DNA of 64,000 nt from Acidobacteriota bacterium (GTDB lineage Bacteria; Acidobacteriota; UBA6911; RPQK01; JAJDTT01): the NCBI GenBank assembly GCA_965222655.1, contig CBDCUP010000004.1, positions 10,134 through 74,133 on the forward strand. Reading direction: 5' to 3'. The translations under genes and the position numbers were made by a program. Under the pieces are notes generated by a model that saw nothing but the letters and a program-made list of their open reading frames with translations, did no database searches and had not been told where the DNA came from. Below, piece by piece: positions 38,699 to 48,305 of the stretch. The first letter of the stretch is position 1. Each line of letters opens with the position of its first letter.

Positions 38699-39469
38699 TT
38701 GAAAAAACTATCTGCTGTCCTCATCAGCTTTAACGAAGAAGAGAAGATCGAAGCCGCCTTGAGGAGCCTCCAGGGGGTGAGTGACGAAATCATCGTTGTC
38801 GATTCCTTCAGCACCGATGCTACGGAAAAGATCTGTCTTCAGTATGTAGACCAATTTCTTCAGAGGCCCTGGGAAGGTTATCGCAGCCAGAAGCACTTCA
38901 CTACTCAACAGACCAATCACGAGTGGGTGCTCAGTCTTGATGCAGACGAGGTCTTGAGCCCCGAACTGCAGGGGGAGATCGGCCGCTGGAAAGAAGAAGC
39001 CGAGGATGATGTGAACGGCTATTGGCTGCCGCGTAAGACCTACTTTCTGGGACGTTGGATCGAACACACCACTTGGTACCCTGACTGGCAGCTGCGGTTG
39101 TTCCGGCGATCCAGAGGGGAATGGAAAGGGGGGCGAGTCCACGAGTCCTTCAAGGTCACGGGGCCCACCGCGAGGCTGAAGGGTGAGCTTTATCATTTCA
39201 CCTACACCTCTTTGAAGGAGTACCTGGTCCAGCTGGAACGCTTCTCTTCCCTATCCGCGGCCGACTACTACGAGCGCGGCCTCAGGGCACGTCCCTCTCA
39301 CCTTCTGTTTCATCCCCCGCTGGTCTTCTTCAAGAACTACTTCGTACGATTGGGTTTTCTCGATGGCGTTCCCGGGCTGGCTGCATCCGGGCTCTCGGCC
39401 ACTTCCACTTTTTTCAAGTATTTGAAGCTGTGGGAGCTGCAGCTGGAGAGAAGGGCCGACGACACTTAG
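38699..39469 (+). CDS. Glycosyltransferase family 2 (WaaE/KdtX-like)
   Basis: NEE, VVDSFSTD, WVLSLDADE, YPD.QLRLF, VHE, GFLDG.PG. Confidence 0.9.
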   Translation: MKKLSAVLISFNEEEKIEAALRSLQGVSDEIIVVDSFSTDATEKICLQYVDQFLQRPWEGYRSQKHFTTQQTNHEWVLSLDADEVLSPELQGEIGRWKEEAEDDVNGYWLPRKTYFLGRWIEHTTWYPDWQLRLFRRSRGEWKGGRVHESFKVTGPTARLKGELYHFTYTSLKEYLVQLERFSSLSAADYYERGLRARPSHLLFHPPLVFFKNYFVRLGFLDGVPGLAASGLSATSTFFKYLKLWELQLERRADDT

Positions 39470-39737
39470 TGCTCCCTTCCATAAATACGATGATGTATGC
39501 AGATGGGGCTTGTGAGGCGAGATCAAGGCAGGAGGAGGAAGACGATGCTTGGCCATCTTCGACGACGACCAACGCAGAGATCGTCCACAACCCCCATCTG
39601 CCCTCCGGGTGGCGACGGGCCGGGCCGATGGCTTTGTCGCTCCTCCTCTACGATACCAGGCATCGCCTCGTCGTCGCTTCGCGCCCTCGACACCGTCGCG
39701 CTCGCCACATACATCATCGTATTTATGGAAGGGAGCA
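39470..39737. mobile_element. MITE family A, copy 1
   Basis: Perfect 30-bp TIR TGCTCCCTTCCATAAATACGATGATGTATG, flanked by direct CTTAG on both sides. Confidence 0.85.
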
Positions 39738-39748
39738 CTTAGCCTGAA

Positions 39749-40843
39749 ATGAGTCAGCTCAAGATCCTGTACGTGGATACGGAAGAGTTTTGGCGCGGAG
39801 GTCAGGAGCAGCTCGTCACCCTGATGACGGGCATGAAGCAGCGTGGCCATGAGGTGCACTTGGCTGCCCCGCCTGGGTCTCCCCTCGCCCAGGAGGCACT
39901 CCGGCGCTCGATTCGAGCCCACCCTTTTCGGCAGCGAGTCGAATTCAGTCCGCTGGCGCCCCTGAGGTTGCTGAAGATGGTCAGATCTAGCGCTCCTGAC
40001 ATCGTCCACTTCAACACCCCGCGTCCTATCCTGGCTGGGGGACTTGTATCTTTCTGGGGGAGGGCACCCTTGCGGGTTTGCTCTCGAAGGGTCAATTTCC
40101 CTCTCCGGTCGAAACTCAGTTATCTGAAGTACAACTTGTTTCTGGAGAGAATTGTCACGGTTTCCACCAGTATTCGGCAGACTCTCATCCAGCATGGAGT
40201 GGATTCCGACCGGATTAAAGTCATCTATGAGGGAGTCGATGTGTCGTGGATCGATCAGATCAAGACGAGCTCGCTCTTCTCAGATAGGGCTGGGCTTATT
40301 GTAGGAACGGTCGCACACCTGAGTCCGGAAAAGGGTCATGCGACTGTCTTGGAAGCGGCCGCGCTGCTTCGGTCTCGGTTCCCGCAGGTCACCTATGTGT
40401 TTGTCGGGGACGGGCCACTGAAAGCGAAGTTGATTGAAAAGGCGGTTGGGTTGGGGATTCGAGACCAGGTTGTTTTTGCGGGATTCCGGAGTGACAGCGA
40501 GGCCCTCATGAAGGAGTTCGACGTTTTCTGTCTTGCCTCTGATTCAGAAGGCCTCAGTTCTGCCATCTTGGCTGCTATGGCGACCCCGCTACCGGTAGTA
40601 GCCACGGATGTGGGTGGAATCCCTGAGTTGGTGGTTGACGGTAAGACTGGTTTCCTTTCTCCTGCCGGTGATCCTGGCTCCCTGGCAGCACGGCTTGGCC
40701 GGCTTTTTCTGTCGGAAGAGTTAAGATCGAAGATGGGGCAGGCTGGGCGTCAAAGAGTGGAACGGCACTTCACGCTCGAGAAGAAGCTGGATGAGACCGA
40801 ACTACTCTACCTCCGATTGCATGGCTCCTCTCCCATCGTGTAA
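39749..40843 (+). CDS. Glycosyltransferase family 4
   Basis: WRGGQEQ, EKGH, EGL...LAAMA...PVVATDVGGIPE. Confidence 0.92.
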   Translation: MSQLKILYVDTEEFWRGGQEQLVTLMTGMKQRGHEVHLAAPPGSPLAQEALRRSIRAHPFRQRVEFSPLAPLRLLKMVRSSAPDIVHFNTPRPILAGGLVSFWGRAPLRVCSRRVNFPLRSKLSYLKYNLFLERIVTVSTSIRQTLIQHGVDSDRIKVIYEGVDVSWIDQIKTSSLFSDRAGLIVGTVAHLSPEKGHATVLEAAALLRSRFPQVTYVFVGDGPLKAKLIEKAVGLGIRDQVVFAGFRSDSEALMKEFDVFCLASDSEGLSSAILAAMATPLPVVATDVGGIPELVVDGKTGFLSPAGDPGSLAARLGRLFLSEELRSKMGQAGRQRVERHFTLEKKLDETELLYLRLHGSSPIV

Positions 40844-40861
40844 GATCCCTGAGGAATACAG

Positions 40862-41611
40862 ATGAAGGGTGTTATCCTCGCCGGTGGACTAGGTACCCGG
40901 TTGCTGCCGCTCACGAAAGTAACCAACAAGCACCTCTTGCCGGTCTATCACAAGCCGATGATCTACTATCCACTGGAGACCCTGGTGGATGCTGGTATCC
41001 AAGACATCATGTTGGTAACCGGGGGGAACAATGCTGGAGACTTTCTCCGGCTCCTTGGCAACGGGCAGGAATTCGGCCTGCGCCAGCTTCACTTTGCCTA
41101 CCAGGAAGGGGAGGGTGGGATCGCCGAGGCGCTCTCGCTAGCCAGGTATTTCTCAGAAGGCGAAAGTCTGATGGTGGTTCTGGGTGACAATATCGTCGAG
41201 AAATCCGTTCGTCCCTTCGTCGAGGGATTTCAGGAGCGGGGCAGGGGAGCCAAGATTCTGCTCAAGGAGGTGCCTGACCCGGAGCGTTTCGGAGTGCCTG
41301 AGTTGTCAGGTGGACAGGTCATACGAATCGAGGAGAAGCCTCGGAAACCTGCCTCGAAATATGCGGTTACAGGTCTCTACATGTACGATCAGCGCGTGTT
41401 CGACATCATCGATACCCTCTCCCCTTCGGGGCGGGGTGAGTTGGAGATCACCGATGTCAACAATCAATACATCGATTGGCACGAGATGACGTACGATGTT
41501 CTCGATGGCTGGTGGACGGACGCCGGGACAATTCCTTCACTGCTCTCGGCCAGCCAGCTGGTTGCCGAACGGGAGCAGAAGGCAACCCGAAGCGAAGTGG
41601 GTGTCCTGTAA
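40862..41611 (+). CDS. rfbA: Glucose-1-phosphate thymidylyltransferase-like sugar nucleotidyltransferase
   Basis: GVILAGGLGTRL.PLT, KPMIYYP, LGDN, EEKP, RGELEITD, WTDAGT. Confidence 0.88.
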   Translation: MKGVILAGGLGTRLLPLTKVTNKHLLPVYHKPMIYYPLETLVDAGIQDIMLVTGGNNAGDFLRLLGNGQEFGLRQLHFAYQEGEGGIAEALSLARYFSEGESLMVVLGDNIVEKSVRPFVEGFQERGRGAKILLKEVPDPERFGVPELSGGQVIRIEEKPRKPASKYAVTGLYMYDQRVFDIIDTLSPSGRGELEITDVNNQYIDWHEMTYDVLDGWWTDAGTIPSLLSASQLVAEREQKATRSEVGVL

Positions 41612-41724
41612 TTTGATCGTCCTCCAATTGTGGTGCTGATTCTGTTTACCCTTATTCCTCGCCTGCGACCCGGTTTCTTTGTTGGAAGTTCGGACGGCGC
41701 CAGCAGGGCTGGCCTGGACCTTAG

Positions 41725-41995
41725 TACACTGGAACGTAAATACTGATACGTATTGCAGAGGGGGCTGGTGAGGCGAGATCAAGGCAGGAGAAGGAAGACG
41801 ATGCCTGGCCATCTTCGACGACGACCCACGCAGAGATCGTCCACAACCCCCCTCTGCCTTATGGGAGGCGACGGGACGGGCCGATTTCTTTGTCGCGCCT
41901 CCTCCACTATGGCAAGGCATGGCGTTCGTCGACGCTTCGCGAACTCGACCCGTCGCGCTCGCCACAATACGTACCAGTATTTACGTTCCAGTGTA
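41725..41995. mobile_element. MITE family A, copy 2
   Basis: TIR TACACTGGAACGTAAATACTGATACGTATTG matches at 30/31, flanked by CTTAG. Interior is similar to 39470-39737. Confidence 0.85.
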
Positions 41996-42036
41996 CTTAG
42001 TGCTCCTTCCCGAGTCCGGGCAGGATTGGACGAAGT

Positions 42037-43065
42037 GTGATGAAGCTGTTTGTTACGGGTGGAGCGGGTTTCATCGGGTCCAACTTCATCCACCATGTAC
42101 TGGAGCAGCCCGACTACGAGGTGATCAATTTCGATGCACTTACCTATGCCGGAAATCTGAAAAGCCTCTCGGACCTGGAGGGAAATAGCCGATACCGCTT
42201 CGTCAAGGGAGATATTACTTCTGCGGATCAGGTTGAGAGTGCTATTGAGTCTGATACGGATGCGGTAGTAAACTTTGCCGCCGAGACGCACGTCGACAGA
42301 AGCATCCTGGACTCGTCTGCGTTTCTCCAAACCAATGTTCAAGGGACTCAGGTCCTTCTGGAGATGCTCCGAAAGAAGAAGGCGCGACGCCTTCTTCAGA
42401 TTTCGACGGATGAAGTCTACGGATCCTTGGGGGCGGTTGGGGAATTCGAGGTTGAAAGCCCTATCCGGCCCAACAGTCCCTATGCTGCCAGCAAGGCAGC
42501 CGCCGACCTGCTGGTTCGAGCCTACCATCAGACCTATCGGCTGGATGTTGTCACAACGCGATGCTCGAACAACTATGGGCCCTTCCAGTTTCCCGAAAAG
42601 TTTGTCCCTCTCATGGTTCTGAACGCATTCGAGGAGAAGCCATTGCCGATCTACGGCGATGGACAATATACTCGAGACTGGATTCATGTTCGGGACCACT
42701 GCAGCGCATTGGAGCTGGTGCTGAACCGCGGCCGATCGGGATCCGTCTACAATATTGGAGGCGATGACGAGCTGACGAACCTGGAGTTGGTTCGACTGAT
42801 CCTCGAGATCCTCGGGAAATCTTCCGATTTGATCCAGTTCGTCAAGGACCGTCCCGGGCATGACAGGCGCTACGCCATTGACAGTCGTGGCACCCGAGAG
42901 GAGTTCGGCTGGGCGCCCGGGGTCCGCTTCCAGGAGGGCTTACGAGAAACCGTCTTGTGGTACCAGGAAAATAAAGAATGGGTCGAGCAGGTTCGCAGCG
43001 GAGACTACCGTGCCTACTATCAGAAGATGTACGAGGATCGCGAGAAGACGTTTTCCGACCTGTGA
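42037..43065 (+). CDS. rfbB: dTDP-glucose 4,6-dehydratase
   Basis: GGAGFIGSN, FAAETHVDRSI, STDEVYG, PYAASK, CSNNYGP, DRPGHDRRY. Confidence 0.96.
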   Translation: MMKLFVTGGAGFIGSNFIHHVLEQPDYEVINFDALTYAGNLKSLSDLEGNSRYRFVKGDITSADQVESAIESDTDAVVNFAAETHVDRSILDSSAFLQTNVQGTQVLLEMLRKKKARRLLQISTDEVYGSLGAVGEFEVESPIRPNSPYAASKAAADLLVRAYHQTYRLDVVTTRCSNNYGPFQFPEKFVPLMVLNAFEEKPLPIYGDGQYTRDWIHVRDHCSALELVLNRGRSGSVYNIGGDDELTNLELVRLILEILGKSSDLIQFVKDRPGHDRRYAIDSRGTREEFGWAPGVRFQEGLRETVLWYQENKEWVEQVRSGDYRAYYQKMYEDREKTFSDL

Positions 43066-43200
43066 TGTTCCCGGCAAGTTGCCCTCTCCGGGCCGGTAAT
43101 CCATCCTATTGTAGGCTCCCATTTCGCCGTTGCCCGGCATCCCTTCCAGAGCCAGCGCAGCGACTTCAGCGTTGACAGGACTTTCGAGTGGAGTTTGTAG

Positions 43201-43650
43201 TTGACTGACGGAGTGGTCGTTCGTAACAAGAAGGCATCCTTCAATTATGAGATCCTTGACCGCTATGAGGCCGGTCTTGCTTTGCAGGGAACTGAAGTCA
43301 AGGCCATTCGAGACCATAAGGTCAATCTGAAGGAAAGCTACGCCCGGGTGAAAAATGGCCAGGTGTGGCTCGAGGGTTGTCACATCGGACCCTATCGGCA
43401 TGGCAACCTGTTCAATCACGAGCCCCTTCGTCCCCGGAAACTGCTCCTCCATCGGCGGGAGATCAACAAGTTGATTGGGATTACCATGAGGAAGGGCTTT
43501 ACGTTGGTTCCAATTGCCCTCTATTTCAAGAACGGTAGGGTCAAGGTGGAAATCGGAGTTGCAAGGGGAAAGCGAAACTACGATAAGCGCGAGACGGCGA
43601 AGAGGAAGACGGTGGATCGTGAGATTCGAATGGAGCTGAAACGGAGATAA
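43201..43650 (+). CDS. smpB: SsrA-binding protein
   Basis: NKKA.FNY, G.EVK, RKLLLH, ARGK..YDKR. Confidence 0.96.
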   Translation: MTDGVVVRNKKASFNYEILDRYEAGLALQGTEVKAIRDHKVNLKESYARVKNGQVWLEGCHIGPYRHGNLFNHEPLRPRKLLLHRREINKLIGITMRKGFTLVPIALYFKNGRVKVEIGVARGKRNYDKRETAKRKTVDREIRMELKRR

Positions 43651-43653
43651 GCG

Positions 43654-45129
43654 ATGGAAGTCCGATTGACGCACACGAGTTGGAACGAGATTGAATGTGA
43701 TCTGTTGGTGATTCCACTCTTCGAGGATGAGGGTATAGACGAGGAGTTTGTTGCCAGTCTCGATCAAGGACTAGGTGGTTTGCTGAGTGAGCTGAAGGAA
43801 ACCGGGGAATTTGAGGGGAAGAGGCATCAGTGCACAACGGTCCATCGGCCTTAGGGCGTAAGCGCTGGCCGCCTGGCGCTGCTCGGCGCCGGGAAGAAAG
43901 CCAGTTGGGCTACCGATGCCGTTCGGAAGACCGTGACTCGCGCAATCGGGCGGGTCAGGGGCTACAAACTTCGACAGGTCGGGATCGTTGTTCGAGGCGA
44001 GGAGGATACTCCGGCTGCTGCACAGGCAACCGCTGAGGGTGCTGTTCTGGCAGCCTACTCGGCTGACGAGTACAAGACTTCAGGCAAGTCCAAGACCCTG
44101 ATCGAGGAAGTCCTCTTGTCCCACCTCCAAGAGGGCGATTTGCAGCGCCTCGAAGAAGCAGTTCGTCGCGGTCAGATCCTGGGGGAGGCCACCAATCTGG
44201 CGCGCTCCCTCGTCAACCAGCCTGGAAACGAGATCAATCCCAGTCGATTGGCGGAGAGGTCTCGGATGGTGGCGGAGAAGGTTGGTCTCGAATTCGAAGT
44301 CCTTGGGGAGCCGGAGATGCAGAAAAAAGGGATGGAGACTCTGCTGGCCGTTGCCAAAGGCAGTGACGAGCCTGCTAGGTTCATCATCCTGAAACATCTG
44401 AAGGATCCGCAGATCGATGCCCGGCCCATCGTCTTCGTGGGCAAGGGGGTGACCTTCGACAGTGGCGGTCTGTCATTGAAATCCGCGGCGTCAATGCAGG
44501 ACATGAAGGCAGACAAGGCGGGCGCTTGCGCGGTCCTGGCAGCGATGCAAGCTATCGCTCGGCTACAGATTGAAAGAAACGTCATCGGCTTGATCCCGGC
44601 AGTCGAGAATATGGTCAGTGGGCGAGCCCAACGCCCAGGCGATGTGATTCGATCGATGGGAGGAAAGACCGTCGAAATCGTGAACACGGATGCGGAAGGG
44701 CGTCTGATCCTGGCCGATGCCCTGTGCTATGCCTCCGAGCTCGCTCCAGAATACATTGTTGACATCGCCACCTTGACCGGGGCCTGCATCATCGCGCTGG
44801 GAAACATTCGTGCAGGCCTCTTTTCCAATGACGATGAGCTTTGTGAGAAGCTCCAGAGGGCGGGGGATCGTGCCGGGGAGAAGTTCTGGAGACTTCCCCT
44901 GGACGATGAATACCGGAAGGATCTCGATAGTGGGATCGCCGATATAAAGAACTCCGGCAGCCGCTCGGCAGGTGCTGTGAGCGCCGCTAAGTTCTTGCAA
45001 GAATTTGTAGGGGAGCTTTCCTGGTGCCATATAGACATGGCCGGAGTTGATCTCTATGAGGACTCAGCCGAGGGAATCGGAGCCACCGGCTTCGGGGCCC
45101 GCACCCTGGTCGAACTAGCCTCGAGCTAA
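43654..45129 (+). CDS. pepA: Leucyl aminopeptidase (M17) with one in-frame TAG at 43852-43854
   Basis: The two listed ORFs are in the same frame. GKGVTFDSGG, NTDAEGRL and DIATLTGA are intact. Confidence 0.85.
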
Positions 45130-45139
45130 GTACTAAGCG

Positions 45140-45823
45140 ATGTCCCCCTCTTTGCGATCCGCCATTCAGTTTGCTTCCCTGAAGCAAAAGAAACAGGCTC
45201 TGGACGAACGCCAACAGGACTCCGAAGCCTTGACCCGTGAGCAACTGCTTCCACCCCTCCTGGAGTTTGAGATCGCCAAGTCCCGACGCTTCAGCCGTTA
45301 TCCGCAGACCTGGGAGATCGACTCTTCCAGCTTGAACAACCTGACCCAGGAATTCCTCCTCTTGCAGTCCAAGCCTGGCCCCGCTCAGATTGAGAATCTG
45401 CTTCAGCTTCAGCGCCTCACCGGTGCCTCCGAAGCTTCAGCGCTTCGCTCGGTCTCGGTTACTCCGATCTGTCCCAACCATACTCCCGTAATTCCCCAGA
45501 TGATTGGGTCGGCACTGGATCGATTTTTCGATTGGGTTCCTAGCCCGAGTTTTTCCGAGCTCCATCCAGTTGAGCAGATGACGCTTTCCCAGATCCGACT
45601 CTTGGAGATCTACCCTTTCGAATGGCCTTGTGAGGTTGCGATATCCCTGTTTTCCTGCCTGTTTCTACCTGCAAGGGGATACCTTCTGCCTCTTTACGAG
45701 CTCCATGAGCTGAGGCCCTTCTATGTCGCTTTGGAAGCGGCGTTTGCTTTCTCTACGAGCGAGTTGGTAGGCCTGAATCTTGAGGCCGTCGAGAGGGCCT
45801 ACGAAGTGGCGTTGAGTCACTAG
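45140..45823 (+). CDS. Fic-fold-like protein with degenerate catalytic motif
   Basis: HPVEQ...LLEIYPFEWPCEVAISL aligns with the Fic pattern HP..AA...L..IHPF.DGNGR. Confidence 0.5.
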   Translation: MSPSLRSAIQFASLKQKKQALDERQQDSEALTREQLLPPLLEFEIAKSRRFSRYPQTWEIDSSSLNNLTQEFLLLQSKPGPAQIENLLQLQRLTGASEASALRSVSVTPICPNHTPVIPQMIGSALDRFFDWVPSPSFSELHPVEQMTLSQIRLLEIYPFEWPCEVAISLFSCLFLPARGYLLPLYELHELRPFYVALEAAFAFSTSELVGLNLEAVERAYEVALSH

Positions 45824-45881
45824 TGAGCGCGCGCTGCACTAGTCGTGGCGAGCAACCTCCTACCGCAGACATCAGAGAGGT

Positions 45882-46139
45882 CAACCCCAACGGGGTTGCG
45901 GCGTACAGCCCAGGGTTTCTGAACCCTGGGTAAAGAGCCATCCCTTTTGATCCCATCCCTTTTGATCCCAACCCTGTAGGGGTTGTGGCCTCCTACTTCA
46001 ACCGGTGTGCGATTGCGCCCTGGTCCTCACCTTCCGCAATCCCTGCAAGGTTGATCTCCTAAGTCATCGGACTTGATTTATCCTGCGCATCCCAGGGTTC
46101 GGAACCCCTGGGCTATAGGACACAACCCCCTTGGGGCTG
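45882..46139. repeat. Uninterrupted REPIN of the CCCAGGGT/ACCCTGGG family
   Basis: CAACCCCAACGGGGTTG, AGCCCAGGGTT..AACCCTGGG and the inverted partner arm. Internal tandem CCATCCCTTTTGATC x2. Confidence 0.8.
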
Positions 46140-46198
46140 ACTTCTCTTGATGCTCGCAGCCCGAGGCGTCGGCATGGGATGCCGGGCGTCAGAGGCCT

Positions 46199-46561
46199 TC
46201 AAGCGAAAGGTTCCGAAGCTTCCACTGGTTCCCCCAGGAACTCCTCCTCCTCCTCGTTCTCGCTCTCGTTCTCCTTGTGCATGTATTTGATGAAGTGTTT
46301 TGGAATCAGGAGGTTGGGCTCTTTAACTCGGTTTACCTTGACACAGTCCCGATCGTACCACTCAATGATGCCGCGAATCTCCTCGCCATCCAGGAGTTTA
46401 ACCACCATGGGTGTCTTACTGGTCATCTGCTTCAAGTAATAATATTGCTCTGCGTTGGTTTGATCGGGAGGGACCCTCTTTTTTTGAGCATTCACGTACT
46501 TCGATGACCCCTGATCACGCAGTTCCAACAAGGACGGACGAATTAACTTACGATTAACCAT
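46199..46561 (-). CDS. hfq: Hfq-like Sm RNA chaperone (Acidobacteria type)
   Basis: E.YY.KQ...TPMVV.L.DGEE.RG.IEWYD and LI.KH.I, followed by an acidic tail. Confidence 0.75.
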   Translation of the reverse strand: MVNRKLIRPSLLELRDQGSSKYVNAQKKRVPPDQTNAEQYYYLKQMTSKTPMVVKLLDGEEIRGIIEWYDRDCVKVNRVKEPNLLIPKHFIKYMHKENESENEEEEEFLGEPVEASEPFA

Positions 46562-46879
46562 ATTACCTCACGCTCAGAACAAGTCTCCCTTCAGTCAGGT
46601 TGATGAGATCGACAACAACCTGGTAAGTTCGAAACCCCTTCCTACATTCGATCTGTTACAGCTCACCGACCCATGCCGGGCTCGACTGGCCCTCTCGGCC
46701 TGCGATACCCACTGCCGCTCTGGCCTCGACCACGAGCGTTGCCAAGTCATCTTGCGATGACCAAGCGTCAGAAATCTGGACTAGGGCAAATGAACGTTAA
46801 GCCTCAGTGTTTGCGCAACTTTACCATTTTTCGGTCCGCTTTGACAAGGGCCAAGGGACTGAAATAGACTGCCTTTTAG

Positions 46880-47353
46880 GTGATGCGATATAAACTGGGT
46901 CTAGCTTGTCTCCTTGCCTTGCTTCTTACGCCCTTTGCGCCTCTGCTGCAAGCCCAATCGCCAGCACAGTCGAGCGGAAAGTCGGGGCCGGAACGGAGGA
47001 AGCGGAAGCCGGTTCTGATTCGAGCCGATCGAGAAGAGCAGGCGATGAAAGAGGAGCTGCCGGTTACGCCTGATCCAGAGAAGGCTCGGAAGAGTGTCAG
47101 CATCGGGGACTTCTACTTCAAGCGTGAGAATTACAAGGCAGCCCAAACACGCTATGAGGAAGCCATCCGATACCATACCCGGTGGCCCACGGCTTACAGA
47201 AAGCTGGTCCGGGTTCTGGAGAAGCAGCTGAGCTTTCTCGAGGCAGCTATCGTTTGCGAGGACTTTGTCGAAGCAAATCCGAAATCAAACGACGTTTCCC
47301 AATTTCAGGGCCTGGCCAAGAAGCTCCGCGATAAGGCCAAGTCCTCGTCCTAG
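46880..47353 (+). CDS. Small exported TPR protein
   Basis: Signal peptide and IGDFYFKR.NY.AA..RYEEA. Confidence 0.75.
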   Translation: MMRYKLGLACLLALLLTPFAPLLQAQSPAQSSGKSGPERRKRKPVLIRADREEQAMKEELPVTPDPEKARKSVSIGDFYFKRENYKAAQTRYEEAIRYHTRWPTAYRKLVRVLEKQLSFLEAAIVCEDFVEANPKSNDVSQFQGLAKKLRDKAKSSS

Positions 47354-47532
47354 CCCGCATTTCTCATCGCTGGTCTACTGCGTCGCCGCAAACATCCGTC
47401 CTGGCTGTGTTACGCTCTCTCGGCCTCCTCGACGTACTGCACGAGTACGACTGCGGGGGCCTCGGTCGCAAGCCTTGCCAGGACGGCCCTTGCGGCGCCT
47501 CGCTACGACAAGCGATGAGAAATCCGGGCTAG
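47350..47532. mobile_element. MITE family C, copy 1
   Basis: CTAGCCCGCATTTCTCATCGCT...AGCGATGAGAAATCCGGGCTAG. Near-identical copy at 61784-61966. Confidence 0.85.
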
Positions 47533-47618
47533 CACCGTATTTGTGAAATGGGGTCACTACTGTCGGGCTGGGTTGATGGAGATGGAAACGGGGGTGCCGG
47601 CTACTGTTTTACTAAATT

Positions 47619-48305
47619 CTAGTTGGCCGGCTTGCCGCAGCCGCCACTTTCACAGGGAGTGCGTTTCCGGCCTTCGACTTCGAAGTTGAGGCAGCACTTC
47701 AAGCGACCACACATCCCCGAGAGTCGGTTGAGGCTCATTCCCAGATCCTGCTGCTTCACGGTTCGCACGCTGACGGACTTGAGCTCCTTCAAGAACAGAG
47801 CCGAGCAATTCTGGCCCAGTCCACAGCAGCCCAGGCCGCCAATCAGCTTGGCTTCATCTCGAGCCCCGATCTGCCGCATCTCGATGCGAGTCCGCAGCCT
47901 TCTTGCCAGATCCTTGACCAATTCTCTGAAATCGACGCGCTCGTTCACGGTGAAATAAAGGATGACTCGACTCTTGTCGAAAACACACTCGACTCCCGAC
48001 AACTTCATTGGCAGCTTCTGAGTTTTGATCCGCTTCCGACAGAGGCTGTAGGCGGACTCTTCTCGCTCGCTCTTCTTTTCGAACAGATACAGGTCCCGTT
48101 CGGTTGCCTTACGAAGAGCCTTCCGCATCTTCGAATCGGCTCCCTGCTCCGTCTCTCGCGCGGAGACAACCACTCCCACTTCAATGCCTCGGTCAGTTGA
48201 GACGACGCAGCGGTCGCCAACCCTTAGAGCCAGTTGGTGAGCCAGGAATCTCCCGGTTGCTTTTCTGGTGCCGAACCTGACCGTCAGTTGCTGCTGCGTA
48301 CTCAT
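47619..48305 (-). CDS. ricT: PSP1/RicT (YaaT) protein
   Basis: RVDFRELVKDLA, RIEMRQIGARDEA, CGRLKCCL. Confidence 0.92.
   Translation of the reverse strand: MSTQQQLTVRFGTRKATGRFLAHQLALRVGDRCVVSTDRGIEVGVVVSARETEQGADSKMRKALRKATERDLYLFEKKSEREESAYSLCRKRIKTQKLPMKLSGVECVFDKSRVILYFTVNERVDFRELVKDLARRLRTRIEMRQIGARDEAKLIGGLGCCGLGQNCSALFLKELKSVSVRTVKQQDLGMSLNRLSGMCGRLKCCLNFEVEGRKRTPCESGGCGKPAN

Noticed and set aside
43066-43200. tmRNA or tRNA near smpB
   Set aside because: The gap is too short and has no tRNA-like ends. No tRNA or rRNA was recognised anywhere in the window.
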